A DNA stretch of 64,000 nucleotides from Octopus sinensis (GCF_006345805.1 NC_043021.1:25916001-25980000); one strand, 5' to 3'; shown: positions 11,698-25,719, numbered from the stretch's first letter. The notes: generated by a model from the sequence alone, not told the origin. Numbers and translations: made by a program.

Positions 11698-12116
11698 ATG
11701 AGTGGCTGTGTGGTAAGTAGGTTGCTTACCAACCACATGGTTCCGGGTTCAGTCCCACTGCGTGGCATCTTGGGCAAGTGTCTTCTGCTATAGCCCCGGG
11801 CCGACCAATGCCTCGTGAGTGGATTTGGTAGACGGAAACTGAAAGAAGCCTGTCGTATATATGTATATATATATATATGTATGTATGTGTTTGTGTGTCT
11901 GTGTTTGTCCCCCTAGCATTGCTTGACAACCGATGCTGGTGTGTTTACGTCCCCGTCACTTAGCGGTTCGGCAAAAGAAACCGATAGAATAAGTACTGGG
12001 CTTACAAAGAATAAGTCCCGGGGTCGATTTGCTCGACTAAAGGCGGTGCTCCAGCATGGCCGCAGTCAAATGACTGAAACAAGTAAAAGAGTAAAAGAGT
12101 AAAGAGTAAAAGAGTA
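11698..12116 (+). mobile_element. SINE family A, full-length (tRNA-like head, CORE-like middle, internal microsatellite, AAAGAGT tail)
   Basis: A-box-like GGCTGTGTGG, B-box-like GGTTCAGTCCC, CORE-like CTTGGGCAAGTGTCTT, 3' AAGTAAAAGAGTAAAAGAG. More than 10 related copies in the window. Confidence 0.9.
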
Positions 12117-12824
12117 TCAATTATTATTTATTGATTACAAAAACAGACAATATCGCATCTAACAGCTGTTTCTGTCCACGCTATTTGGGGCATAATCAGG
12201 CTTAATTATTACAATAATAATAATTATCACTGTAATAATTATACCAACTTGAATAGTAGAACTTCATCAGAACAGAAAAATAAAGAAAAGGAAAGAGAAA
12301 ATAAGGATATACCGATTGCGGTTACATGTTATCCCTCTGAAAACCTTTTGACCAACTGAAAAATTTACTTATACAATTAGAATAGTTATGATAATTAGTG
12401 GTAGATGGAGGGGGTGGGTGGGGGAAGGCTACTAATGGCATAAGTTGAATATATAATAGTGTTGGAGTATTTTGGTTTGGTCATAAAATAAAAAGTCAAA
12501 AATGCCAGGAGTTGCAGAACTTAATATGATAACAGTTGACCCTAAGTGATTTATTGATAATTTCCTGATCGATTAGCATAACTGAATTAAACGAGGAGCA
12601 TTGCAAAACCATAAAAATAAATTAATTAAACTGGGAGGCAAAATATTTCTGTTTTGTGCACATGGTAATAATCGTGATAATAGGAAACCAAAATAGCCAA
12701 CAGTTTCAATAGAGCAAGAAATGGCAGTTTGTCCGAGAAAAGTCAACAAATGTGCAGCAGAGGAAATGAAGGCTGCGGCCAGATTCTTTTCCTTGAATTT
12801 GGCTTACATTTCTACATATTGACT

Positions 12825-13070
12825 GGACATATTTATTTCTTTACTACCCACAGGGGGCTAAACACAGAGGGGACAAACAAGTACAGACAAAGGGATTAAG
12901 TTGATTACATCAACCCCAGTGCATAACTGGTACTTATTCAATCGACCCTGAAAGGATGAAAAACAAAGTCGACCTTGGCGGAATTTGAACTCAGAACATG
13001 ACGGCAGACGAAATACCGCTAAGCATTTCGCCCGGCATGCTAACGTGCCTGCCAGTTCGCCACCCTAACT
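12825..13070 (-). mobile_element. SINE family B (tRNA-derived)
   Basis: Minus-strand head GCTGGCAG..CGTTAGC, B-box GAGTTCAAATTCC, body CTTTCATCCTTTCAGGGTCGA; many copies in the window. Confidence 0.85.
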
Positions 13071-13344
13071 GGACAGCTTGCCATGACAGGACACATTACT
13101 GGTATCATCAGTTGAATCTAAAGAAACAGAGAAATACTTGATTCTTAACATATTTTGCCATCAACAGAACAATTGACTGCTTACCACTTCAGGGATTGCC
13201 AAATGTGTTCATGTGACCCATTAGAAATGGACAAAATTGTGCTAATGGATCAAATGATGGAACTGATTCCATAATTTCTGGAAAATTCTCATTGTGACTA
13301 TTATCTCTTCACTACCTCTGAATGCCAGACATCTCTTGGTTAGA

Positions 13345-13545
13345 AATATTCTTTTCTAATCTAGGCACAAGGCCTGAAATTTTGGGGAAGGGGACCAGTT
13401 GATTAGATCAACCCCAGTACTTCATTTATTGATCCCAAAAGGATGAAAGGCAAAGTCGACCTCGGTGGAATTTGAACTCAGAATGTCTATATATCACTGA
13501 GCCTTTCGCCCAGTGTGCTAACGGTTCTGCCAGCTCGCCACCAGT
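13345..13545 (-). mobile_element. SINE family B
   Basis: Same head and body as 12825-13070. Confidence 0.85.
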
Positions 13546-15899
13546 TCTTGGCTCAAAATATTGTCACAGCCATGACACAGAACAATACTTCGGTCCAGTA
13601 TTTCTTGTTTTCCCAACTCTCTGTTGACATAAGAGGATTTCCTACATAAAAGATTGAATTTCAACACAGAATCTCTGTGGCCTTGACTATTCTGCTTTTT
13701 TCAATTGTTAAAATCATCCTTGTTGGAAAACCTGTCGTGTTGGTTTGACCTCAAAGTGCAGTAAAAATAATAAACGGCAATCTTTGATGGTCTATGCAGG
13801 AGCCACCTTCTTAAAAGCTGCTCACCATTGTTGTGAATGGTGTAAAACATTGAATCTTTAAAATAACGGTTGTGCCTAACCAGTTTGGCTTCATCTGATT
13901 GATAATGGCACCGAGATTCTAAGAAGGAGTCGGAGTCGTATTTATTTGGACATGTGGCTGATTTTGCTTGAAGTAATATGGACCCATACTTTTCCCTTAC
14001 AGAAGACCACATGGCTGGGTTTGGCTCCTACGGTGCTGTTTCACTATCCACGACACTAGGATATGATGATTCTTTATCTTCAGTATTTTGAGGTTTTTCC
14101 TGTTTTCTGGACTTAGGAGTGCTGCTGGTGTCTCAAAACGGACATCTGGTCCTGATTCTTCATTATTAGCTTCTAAGTGTTCATTTTCCAAAGCAAAGAA
14201 AAATTCTGCAAGGCAGCTTTTTTTTTCCGGTTTTCCTTTGGAAACATTTCTTTTTTGAACTCCAGACAGTTGAATGTTCTGCAGCATTCTTAGATATTCT
14301 GTGTGAGAGTAGAATATCTAATCTGAATAGAAGCTAAAGAAAATAGTTTCAAAAGGAAAAGGAATCTGGAGCTGAAGGCAGCAATGTAGACTCACTTCAT
14401 TAAATCCTAATACAGGGATATGAAGCCAGTCACTTTTCACAAACTCTCTGTTACTCCTATGTCTTTAGGCTGATAAAGAGACCCGACAGCAGGTCCATTT
14501 ATAGGATTTATGGAGTGGAAGATGAAAAAGAATTAAATTTTTTTTTCTTTTTGCATAATCATAGTGTGAAGAACCCAAATCTACAAAAATTTTCTTAAGT
14601 TGTAAGCTTAAATCTCATCCTCATAGACTTGTTGTCAAAGTTGATCCAAATAGAAAAGAGCTCAAGGGATTAACAGCAAGTTAAGGATTACAGATTAAAG
14701 ATTTTGTTTCCATAAAATTACTTTTCTCCAAAATTGTTTCACTTTCACGGAAATGAAAAGGTGCTAGAAACACTTCATCATCATCATCATCGTTTAACGT
14801 CCGCTTTCCATAGAAAATATAATTTGAGAAGAAATATTGTATTTCCCAGATCTCTCTAAATTTAAAACAATCTGATGAAGAGATTTAAGCTTACAACTTT
14901 ACTTCAGAAAAATTTTGTGAATTTGTGTTCTTTACACTGTATCTCATACGATTATGCCAAAATTTGTTTCAGTTTCTTTCATTCCTCCCCACCTCATAAA
15001 CCCTATAATTTCAACTTTCCATCTTTTATTCAGACAGAGTTATATCTCAGACACATCACAAGTAATTTTTTTCTTTTATTAAGACATATCACTTTCGAAG
15101 GTCATTGGTCAGTCGTGTGTTGAAAGAAGACCCTTGTAATGAGTACCCCATACCCTTCATAGTAGGGAGCCCCAATATCGAGTGGGGCTTGGAACAATCA
15201 CCCCTGGTGCCCCAATAAATCTAGCTCTGGCTTGTGGCAAGAATTGAACTTATCTTTAACTGTGTTCCTCATTCCTTAGTTATATTGGAGAGCTAGGAGT
15301 ACTGGACCTTGTTGAAGCTTGTCCTTGATTCCCTTGGCAAGGGCCAAGTTGTGTTCTCTTCAGATACCATCAGAACTCTTTGAATATTTTAGCACCGAAC
15401 TCCATAACTTGAGAAAAAGGATGCAAATCTCAAGGATATTTGAAATGATGTTCTAACTGGTGGTATGATCTCCAACCAACCAATTGGTCGATAAATAGGA
15501 TGTTGACACGAGGATCACATACCCCTGCTGTAGCTCACTCGTAACAGAGAACTGATTTCTCAGAAAAAGGGACTCAAATGCTTAGGCTTGCTACAGCATC
15601 AATGTAACAGTCTGTAAAATAAGGTCCAATTTAGCAAACCACCTGTACATAGACATGAAGAGTTGGCGCTTACCAATATTGTTGTAATGCTGTTGGTACA
15701 ATGTATTATTTCATTTATTGTATAATATTTCAGCAATGATCTCATGGTAAAGCAGTGATATGAAGGGTTTACTGTCATTTGACTTGAGCCGGTCATTGAG
15801 GACAAACCTGGTTGGCTGAATGAATAAGAACTGAAGCCAACTCACAGACCGTCAGGTTTATTGCTGGACATTAAGGGGTTTGCTGTTGGCAAATTACAA

Positions 15900-16130
15900 T
15901 GAACAATAGGGATTTCAAATTTTAATACAAAGTCAACAATTTGGGGGGGGGGGATGTAAGTTGATTACATCAACCCTAGTACACAACTGGTACTTATTTT
16001 ATTGAGGCCCAAAAGGATGAAAGGCAAAGTGGACCCTGGCAGCATTTGAACTCAGAATGTAAAGACGGATGAAGTGATGCTAAGTATTTTGCCCGTTGTG
16101 CTAATGATTCCATCAGCTCATTGCCACCTT
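15900..16130 (-). mobile_element. SINE family B, older copy
   Basis: aaaaggatgaaaggcaaagtggaccctggcagcatttgaactcagaa matches the family B body. Confidence 0.8.
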
Positions 16131-16784
16131 AACGATGAACAATATGAATAATTGCTGAATAATGAGAGAGGAGAGGAAAACTGTTGTGAAAATCTAGAAA
16201 GCTCTCAGTGTGACATCGTGCTGTCAGTCGAAATAGACACAAAGCCATCTAGGTAAATCTTTGAGCCAATCTGTGACATGAGCAGGCCATTGACCATCGG
16301 CACAGCAAGAGTCGAGGCACACGGGTCAGCTGCTTTCAACGCCCTGCCATTAATAAAGCACCAAAAAATAGTTTTTTATAGGGGACAAGAAGTCAACTTT
16401 TAGAACATTCAAGAAAACCATGTGACACCACAGGTGACTGGTCAATTTATAGACCAGCTGTGTGAAGCTGTGGCAGTTCACCTGTGGTGGCTGACCTAGT
16501 AATTAGCAGTGAGGTTTCAAATCCCTGCTACAAAACCATTGTACTATCATACAATTAAACAGGTTGCTCAATCCAGTCCCTTTTCTTGATCCTTTTATAT
16601 AACCTCCAGGGATATTCATGGATTTCCAGGTATATCTTCAGTAATACAATCAATTCCCATTGTAAAGTCATACCTGAGAGCTGATACCTGTAGAGAGGCT
16701 TTCTACAGAAAACTGCAAGGTTAATATCCAAATTCAATTCATATATATGTGTGTGTGTGTATGTATGTATGTATGTATATAAAG

Positions 16785-16990
16785 GCGAGGGGAGCTGGCA
16801 GAAATGGTAGCATGCCAGGCAAAATGCTTAGCAGTATTTTGCTTGTCTTTACGTTCTGAGTTCAAATTCCACCAAGATCAACTTTGCCTTTCATAAATTA
16901 AGTACCAGTTGCATACTGGGGTCGATCTAATCGACTGCCCCCCCTCCCCAAAAGTTTCAGGACTTGTGCCTAGAGCAGAAAAGGACATAT
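16785..16990 (+). mobile_element. SINE family B, plus orientation
   Basis: aaggcgaggggagctggcagaaatggtagc...gttctgagttcaaattcc...gcctttca. Confidence 0.8.
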
Positions 16991-17619
16991 ATATATATAT
17001 ATATATATACACATACATGTATATACACCCATTTATCCATATATAAATCCCCACAGGCAATTCTTATGCACAACACGTGTGCAATTAACTCAATTTAATT
17101 TAATACATTCACTGACAATACAATGAACATCAACCGATACTTGTATGCCTTCCACTATTAGTGTGTGTGTGTGTGTGTGTGAGCATTTCTCCTCGGGCAG
17201 AATCAGCATGACAAAGTGTGTGACAAGGCTGTAGCTTCTGAATTCCAAGTATAATCCACCCGGCGGGCCTCTATAGTTCCTATCCCACCCAGTTTCTCTC
17301 ACAAAGTGCAGATCATCTGCAGTCTTGAGAAAACGACATTCACCCAACATGCAACGTGACGATGAAACAAACTTTCTCACCATTCAAATGTATTGTATGA
17401 CCCCTTCCCCTTAACACACACACTCACATACACTTTGTTTATTTTAATTGTCAACAAATGCTGAAATTTGGGGATTAAAACAAGAACACTTTTGAGCTGC
17501 CAAATTCAGTCGGTCTCCCTTTGCCGTTCTGCCAAGTGCAACAGGAAAATTCCCCATTTTGCAACACATCCAAGAATTTAATCTGGGAAGGTTTCTTTTA
17601 TGCCGAATCCTCTAGTTTT

Positions 17620-17985
17620 TATCTCTTACTTGTTTCAGTCATTAGACTGTGACCATGCTGGAGCACTGCCTTTAGTCAAACGAATCAACCCCAGGACTTA
17701 TTCGTTCCTTGCAGCCTGGTACATACTCTATCAGTCTCTGTTGCTGGACTGCTAAGTCACCGAGATGTAAACACACCAACAGTGGTTGTGAAGCACTGGT
17801 GGTGGACAAATGCACACACACACACATATATACATATGACAGGCTTCTTTCAGTTTCTGTCTACCAAATCCACTCACCAGGTTTTGTTCGGCCCAGAAAT
17901 TACTCATGCTAGATGCCACATAGTGGGACTGAACCTGAAACCATGTGGTTGGGAAGCAAACTTCTTACCATGCAGCCATGCCTGT
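17620..17985 (-). mobile_element. SINE family A, near full-length
   Basis: Reverse complement of 11698-12116. Confidence 0.85.
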
Positions 17986-18189
17986 ATCTGTTCGTTAAAA
18001 GATTTGAGCATTATTTTTGCAATTGTAGTTTTCTTCAAATTTAACGTTCCAGATTGAAAGCGTTTTAATGATATTTTTAATGAGGAAAAAAGTAGAATTT
18101 TTAGCAGACCCTTTTTAAAACGTCTTCTACATCCACCCATCTTCTCTGCCCACCCTGGAAGGGTTATGTGGGTTGAGCCCTCAGTTACC

Positions 18190-18545
18190 TATTCTATAGG
18201 GTCCTATCAGACACAACTGGAACCGAGACAATGGAGACAATTTTCCAACAATTTCTTCTTATTTGCTCTTCCTCAACGTTTCTTACTCATTGGCTTCGCT
18301 TGAAGAATCCGTCTTGCAATTCTTTCTTGTGACAAGTGCCAGAGATGTGACCTCTCCATGTGGAGAATTAGAAACTCCATCTGAAGATACTCCCCGCTTA
18401 ATGAGGTATGCACTTTGTCCAGTAATATTTCTCCAGACATTTGTCAGAGTGACCTCATTTAGGCCACTTGCTTTTGTGATTGCAAAGACTGAGACATTGG
18501 CCCCTTCAAGTAACTCATCCCAGAGCATTCTGCATGCTAGTGAAA
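18190..18545 (-). mobile_element. RTE-like LINE 3' remnant
   Basis: Minus frame HLSQERIARRILQAKPMSKKR*GRANKKK matches the RTE terminal motif. Confidence 0.6.
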
Positions 18546-18599
18546 CATCACTGACACAAGTTTAAATACTCCAGGGCCATGTTCAGGGGTGATGAAAGG

Positions 18600-18860
18600 T
18601 AGGTGCCTCAATTGGATGCTAGAATTGCAGGCTTTGGTGCCGTAATGCATCGGCTCCTGTCTTCAATTTTCAGAAGAGAAGAGATTGGTAAAAAAGTCAA
18701 ATTCATTATCTTCAATTTCGTTTCCATGATTATCGTTGCTTATGGTCATAAATGATGGATAAGGTCAGAAAGAGTATGATCTCAAATGCAAGGGGTCGAA
18801 ATGGGATTCCTCCAAAGTGTCTCCAGAGTAATGTCATCTGAAATAGTACAAGAATTCCTT
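18600..18860 (+). mobile_element. RTE-like LINE remnant
   Basis: KVKFIIFNFVSMIIVAYGHK*W-like motif followed by a degenerate EMGFLQSVSRV segment. Confidence 0.5.
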
Positions 18861-19299
18861 TCATTCAAAGACAAAAAAAAAATAATGGTTTCTAGTTTAG
18901 CTACAAAGCCAATAATTTTGAGGGGAAGGTTAGCCAATAAATCACCTGGTACTTTATTTTATCAACCCCAAAAGGATAAACAATTAAGTTGACCTTCTGA
19001 GATTTGAACTCAGAACATAAATAGCCTGAAAACCTACTGCAAAAGCACATTTCCTGATGCTGTAATGACTGCCGTTTTACTAAATATGTCTAACTTTAAA
19101 TTGGAGAAAATAAACTAGCAACAATGTGTTTAAGTTCCTGATTGCCAGTGGTGTGGATCCTAAGCTGTCGATGCAAAATTCAAGCAAACACAACACTCTC
19201 GAACTTAAACATACAAACAGTAAAATCACTGTGAATGTAGAAAACTGTTGTGTGAATTCTGTGTCAAGGCTTTACTCTCCACTCTGCCAAGTCGTTCTA

Positions 19300-20470
19300 C
19301 AATGAAAGGCATTTGATTTATTTAAACAGTTGAAGCAGAAACTTGAGCATTTATTGCTGTTTGTAGAGAGTGTGTAAAGTTCAAGAAATTCAAGAAATTC
19401 CAGACAATAGGAGAATCAGAAAGTGATGATTGTATCAAAATTTCCATCATATTTGAAGAGGAAGAGGTAAATATCCACGGAATATAGGAGATGAATGTAG
19501 GCTGGTGGGGGAACAGACTCCAGGAATAGAACAGCAAAAGATTGCCTCACTGTGTTGTTAAAAATAAATGCAATTGGAGACTGGAAACTTAAACTCTTGT
19601 TCGTTTATCATTGTGAAAGTCAAAAAGCAATAAAAAGCCTGTTTTCAAATCTCGTCTGTTTGTCACTTAGAAATCCAACATTGACGTCCCACCATCAAAT
19701 ATCAGAAATATTAGAAAAGAGAAGAAGACTTGTAAATTAGAAGAGCCCCAACATACTTCTGCTTTTGAGGTTCAAAACAACAATCTCACTCGTACAGCAA
19801 TTCCCGAGTCGCTCCAAATATGCCCAACTGTTGAAATGGTTTCCATTCCATAATCACTTCTACAGCTTGTGAATTTGAGTTATTTTTGTTTTAAAGGCAG
19901 GTCTTCTTTGAAGAATTAATCTCTTAATTAGAACAACTGCTGGTGACTATCTGTCCATGAAATAATTCTGGGAAAATTAAAATTATCATAGCAATGTGTG
20001 TGTGTGTGTGTGTTGGAGATATGTGAAGAGATGTTAAACATGTCTGATTGAGGTTTGGACAAAACGATGTCTAAATTAGTCGTTGAAGATAACCATAAGA
20101 TTGAAAATAAAACAGTCTCAATCAGCATTGACCAAAGTAAAGAAGTGGAATTTGGAGAGGTTGATACAGGAAATATTGAGAATTTATTGCATACCGATAG
20201 AGACCATCACCTGTGAAAATCTTCAATGGTCGACAGAACCAAGGGTGTATGTTTCAGGTAGTGAAAAAAACTCTTTGGAATAATTGGTAGAACAACAGAG
20301 ACATTGAAATAATTTGTGCTTTGAAGTAATTTTCAGAAAATGATCCAAACTTCAAAGCAAAGCAAAGGAACTGAAATGGTAACAGTGAATTTCTTTGGAG
20401 AAGAATTAGGGTTTCTTGAGAAGAGAAGAAAAGTAGCCAACACTTGAAGTTTTGGGGGGTTTTTTTTTGG
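19300..20470 (+). mobile_element. Tigger/pogo (DDE_1) transposase remnant
   Basis: KDCLTVLLKINAIGDWKLKLLFVYHCE resembles the pogo/Tigger KDRLTLLL..NA.GD.KLKPLLVYHSE motif; heavily degenerate. Confidence 0.65.
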
Positions 20471-20689
20471 TAATAATGCCAAAATTGAAAGTGTGCATGT
20501 CTTTTATATTGAATTCCATAGAATTTCATTCAAACGACTTTTCTAAAGTCATTTCCTTCTAGCTTTTCACAATTTCCCCTCTTCCCTTTCCCAACACACT
20601 AAATACTTTACAGCATTTGAAGTGGAGTCTTATCAAGGGTCAGCTGTTTGTCCCTTTATACAGGTGACCTTTGATATGACTCAACTTGA

Positions 20690-20900
20690 TAAGGTAACAG
20701 TCTGACAGAATCGTTAGCAAGCTGGACATTTTGTCTGTCTTTAGGTTCTGAGTTCAAATCCTGCCAGAGCTGATTTTGCCTTTCATCCTTTCAGGGGTCA
20801 ATAAAATAAGTACCAGTTATACACTGGGGTCAATGTAATCACCTTACCCCCTCCTCCAGCATTGCTGGCCAGGTGCCAAAATTTGATATCAACTTATTCT
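20690..20900 (+). mobile_element. SINE family B
   Basis: gacagaatcgttagc...gttctgagttcaaatcctgcc...gcctttcatcctttcaggggtc. Confidence 0.8.
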
Positions 20901-21460
20901 TTTTGCCTTGCCTGTAAATCCTATTCTGATGTTCTGTCATTTACCCCCCCCCCACTTGATGTTCTCTCTATGCCCCCACCCCCCTCCCATTAAGTAATTT
21001 AACACTTCAAACTCCTTTCCCTTCGCGTCTGTATACAATCACTTTTCCAATTACATCATTGACGAACGTTAGAGGACGCTTTAGATCAGAGTAAATTATC
21101 TCCACACGTAACAACCACTGTGCCACAGCTCTACGGCTGTTTAATAACACACACAACACAATGATGTAAATATGTGTGTCTGTGTGTCCTTACACTGGCT
21201 GGCAGAAAAGTGCAGAAAGTTTGTAGCTGTGCACATTCATGTATGATTTCATCCACTACCGACGATAGATATCATCATCATCATCATTTAACACATCATA
21301 TTGGCAGGGGTTGGATGGCTTGACCAGTTCTGTTTTGCTCAAGGACTGCATCATACTCCAGTGTCTCTTACATGATGCATTCATTGTGTCTGTATATGCA
21401 TGTGTGTGTATATAAATATACACCTTCATATAGACACACACCTACATATATATAAATACC

Positions 21461-21498
<38 letters not shown>

Positions 21499-22114
21499 AC
21501 ACACATGCATGCATGCTTATACCTACATTTGCAAACAAACAAGGAAGGTCTTCTTTATTTGTGTATTAACAATGGTCAATTTAAGATTTGCCTGCAAGTG
21601 ACTTTTCAAACCCAGGCCATAAAAACCCAAGCTGTCTTTCATCTCTTCTTACAGAGAAATCTCATCTCTTTCACCTCTGCTTCTATTCACTCTTCATTGA
21701 TTCCAAACAATTGTGTATAAAACCAATCCTAAATTTCTTGTACCAAACATAAACTTATAACAGCATAACAAAGCAGATTCTCTCAACCAACTCCACACAC
21801 AATCTTTCCCCCATCGTCTTTGTCATTTCCTCCACCCTTCTATACACCTCTCACCTCTTCCCCTTCAGTTTTTCTTCTCTTTTCTCTCCTCATTCTTCTT
21901 CTTTCTACCCCACTCCTTTCTTCCTGCACTTCAACTGAAAAAGCTTCAATCTAATACAAATTTGCATTGATTTAATTGTATTAACACCTTATTTCTGCTC
22001 ATCTAATCAAATGCTTGTTAATGAGGTATTTTTATGAGAGACCATAAACATACACTTATTAAACTACGCCCACAGTTGAACCACTTGACCACCACCCACA
22101 AGACGAACCAAATA

Positions 22115-23292
22115 TATTGGGTTGCCCCATAAATAATACGTTTTTCTTTCAGTTGCATGAATTAAGTTGGAGGGGAATGGGATAAACTACCTGCATCAAC
22201 TTGCTACAAAACCAAGTAGGAATTTTACCTTGTGCTTATTCTTAGTGCAAGTTTTGAAGAGTACACTTCGATTTTAGCAGTTATTTTTTTCAAAGTTATA
22301 ATGGAAGTGAAAAAGGAGCATATTCAGCATATTTTGTTTTATGAGTTCAATAAAGGCAACAATGCAATTGGAAAATATGAGGAATATTAATGCAGTATAT
22401 GGAGATCGGACAATATGTGTAAGCTAGTGTCAATGGTGATTCCAGAAATTCCAAGCTGGAAACTACAGCCTAGAAGATGAGCCTCATCTCGGAAGATCTG
22501 TAAAGCATGACGAGGGCATCCTGCAAACCCTGGTGGAGCAAAATCCCATCGTAACTGTTGAGGAACTAACAGAGAAGCTTGGATTTGGTCATTCAACCAT
22601 TCATCAACACCTGCATGCCATCAGAAAAGTCAGCAAATTGGGCCAATGAGATCCTCACAAACTTTCTGAGTCTAATTGCATGCAGAGTGAATGTGTGCTC
22701 TTCTTTGCTGTTGCATCTCACAAATGAACCTTTTTGGCACTGAATAGTGACTGGTGACAAGAAATAGGTTCTCTATAAAAATGTCAAGCACTGAAGACAG
22801 TGAGTAGGGAAAAAAGAAACACCAGCACCCCAGGCTAAAGAAGGTCTTCATCCATGTAAGGTGTTGTTATCTATGTGGTGGGGTTTAAAAGGTTTAGTCC
22901 ACTTTGAAATTTTTAACCCAAACCAAACAATAACAAAGGAGATCTAGTGTGGGGAGCTTGAGTGGCTTAAGTCAGCACTAGAAGAAAAATGACCATCTTT
23001 GGTTTCAAGACCAAAGCTGTTCTTCCATCAGGATAATGCTTGACCACATACAGTGAGGATGACATTCCAAACACTGGAGCAGTTTTGATTGGGAAACAAT
23101 GCTCCACCCACCATATTCGCCGGACATTGCCCCACCTGATTATCATTTATTCTGAAGTCTTCAAAATCATTTGGATGGAAATAATATGAATTCTGTAGAC
23201 GAGATCAGAACAGTATTTTGTGAATTTTGGAAGAGGGGCCTTGCAAGTCTACCAGATAGATGGAAGAGCATTACAGAAAATTGATAATAAGG
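22115..23292 (+). mobile_element. Mariner (Tc1/mariner) element, degenerate transposase, right TIR missing
   Basis: Left TIR-like tattgggttgcccc; from 22301 MEVKKEHIQHILFYEFNKGNNA, then VTGDKK*VLY, HPCKVLLSMWW, FFHQDNA, HPPYSPDIAPPDYHLF, GLASLPDRWKSI, with stops and frameshifts. Confidence 0.9.
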
Positions 23293-23294
23293 GT

Positions 23295-25715
23295 CAGTGA
23301 TCAGTTTGTAGCTGGAAACTTCTTTTGTGCAAAACTCTGTGAAATTTCTTCAAAGCAAAAATGATCACTAGAGCTTCTTTCTCTATTTGACTAAATAGTT
23401 TTTCTCTGTTGCTATCAGAGAACATGAGGCATGAACCACTGCCTTCATATTACCGTCTTTATATTTGTGTAGCATTACTGCTTCTCTTCCGTATTCAGAA
23501 GCGTCAGAAGCTACAACAATCTCTGCTGCAGGATCAAAATGAGCCAGTGGCAAATCCGATTTTAATATCAAACACCTTTTGACAATTTTTTGACCAATTC
23601 TGCTTCATATCCTTTCAGTGGAATTCTCAATTCATGCATATTTGACAATAATTTGCTGGACCTAGAAAAGCTTCAAAGGTCATTATATTAGTCGGAAGAG
23701 GCATATTTGTAATTGTGTCTGCCCTCAACAGGTCTGGTCATCATCCATTCCTGTCAATAATTTGTCCTAAATACTTAATTTTAGGTAAGAAAAATTCTCA
23801 TTTTTCCTCACTCAGTGCAAAACCATAATCTCTTTTCAAAAAACACATTTTACCTGCTCGACATGCTGATCACGAGATTCACTTTTAATTAATATATCAT
23901 CCAGGTATGGAATTGTGAATTCACAGTCTGCTAACACTGCATCCATAACCTGTTGAAAAATTGTAGGTGCAACCTTTAGACCAAATGGAAACCTGTCATA
24001 TTTATATAGTCCTTTATGTATATTCAGTTTTGAAAATATCGTGCCCCCATTTAACTTCGTAAAAATATCCTCCGGAGTACGTAGCGGATAGTGACACATT
24101 TCCACACATTCATTCAATCCAGTGAAAAAATTGGAACAAACCTTAATTTTTTTTTTTTTTTTAATACACGATGTTGGAGCTGACCATTTTGCATATTCCA
24201 CTTTTTGGATGACTCCAATTTTCTCTAATCTGTCTAATTCTTCATCGACATGCTTTATCGCAGCAAAAGGTACCGTTCTTTTTGGTTTGAACACTTGTAT
24301 TGCATTTTCCTTAATTTGGAAACATGCTTCAGTCTTAGTACGCAAACCTAATTTATCCGACAGTATTTCAGAAAAAGCATTTAAAATTTTTTTCTTCAAT
24401 TCATCTGATGCCGTATTCTTACTGGAAGAACAATCATTTATGTTTTTACAAAACAGATTTATGGGGTGGTCCCCTAAATCAAACAACCCCAGCCAATCAG
24501 TTCCGAACATATTTTGTTACATTTTTTTAACACAAACACTTTCGCTTTACAGGTTTCACCACAAAACGTAATATCGCTTACCATTTCGCCTAAGAAGAGT
24601 AATCTCTCACCTGTAATCTTTCACCTGTGACGCCTCGCACACTTTTCAATGTTTTCTTTAATGCAGGCTTACCAATTTTCTTCCACGTGTCAGTATCAAT
24701 AATTGCAAAGTCACTACCTGTGTCTAGTCGTAGTTTCACACTCATGTCATTTTTTTTATATACACATACTTTCTTTTTTGGGTGTTGTCCTGTCCTTCCG
24801 TTGAGCAAACCTTTTTAGAATTTTTTCTCCGACCTTCTTCAGAACTCTTATTGCTGAACATTTTGGATAGCAATTCAATTGTTTCCCCAAAACAAATTTC
24901 ACTTGTTTTTTTTTTTTTAAACAAGATAAAATTGCAGTATTTTTCATGTTCTGAAGAACCTAATTTCTGTAACAGTGGTCTCACTTTTCCATCGTCTGTC
25001 CAACACTTGCATTCTTCCTTCAAGATTTCTTCATATCGACTGAAGTACACCAAACAAGTTCTACCCTCTTCTCGGTTATGACTGAATTCAGTTACAGCAT
25101 TTGCTATGCCATCTGGTGAAAACGAACTTGCAGTGTTTCCCCGACTTCAACATCAGTTCCAGCAACTGATTGTGTTGTGGTTGTTGCTGCTGTTGCTTTT
25201 GCACCTGTAATATGCCAGCTAATAGGTGTTCTATAATTAACCAGTTATGTTGGTTTGTGGTGAAGGCAATCTTAGAAGCTGTTGTGCAAACCACCAGTCT
25301 TCATTCTGAGACATTGATAAAAATGAAGTCAGTAAGTTAGACAGCCATAAAAGGGGTCTGAAGACCAACCCCACACCACATGCAATCAAGAGGAGACATT
25401 TATAGAAATGGATCATAACGATACAAGGCCTGCAGAAAGAGTGCAGATTCTCTTTAGGTTCAAGAATTCCATCAAACTCCTTCAGCCCAAACTGGAGCAC
25501 ACTGACTGCTCTGGATTGTTCTCCCACACACTTTACCCTCCATTTTGCTACATTATTCTACAGCATCGACATTCATTAGGATTTCTACAAAGAGAATGAA
25601 GATCTTGGTTTTCTTTTCGTTTTTCTTGTTTCACTTTTTGCATCTACCTTCTTTGTATTTTTCCTTCCCCTTTTTTCTTCTAAGACCAACATCCTGGAGA
25701 TTAACGGCACGTTAT
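23295..25715 (-). mobile_element. Ty3/Gypsy (K02A2.6-like) LTR retrotransposon internal region: gag, protease, RT, RNase H; degenerate and internally deleted
   Basis: gag FSRYEEILKEECKCWTDDGKVRPLLQKLGSSEHEKYCNFIL; protease LRLDTGSDFAII; RT LDRLEKIGVIQKVEYAKWSAP and YLDDILI; RNase H LAHFDPAAEIVVASDASEYG, EKEALVIIFALKKFH and FQLQTDH. Confidence 0.92.
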
Positions 25716-25719
25716 ATCT

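Noticed and set aside
11698-11790. tRNA genes from A/B-box-like motifs
   Set aside because: These are SINE heads, with no cloverleaf and with SINE bodies attached.
14872-14950. Hammerhead-like CTGATGAAGAGAT...ATCTCATACG
   Set aside because: The GAAA core is destroyed and there is no palindromic stem III; at most a fossil, so not counted.
21840-21950. Lys/Arg/Glu-rich minus frame as the OTUD3 last exon
   Set aside because: Wrong phase and simply the translation of a purine tract.
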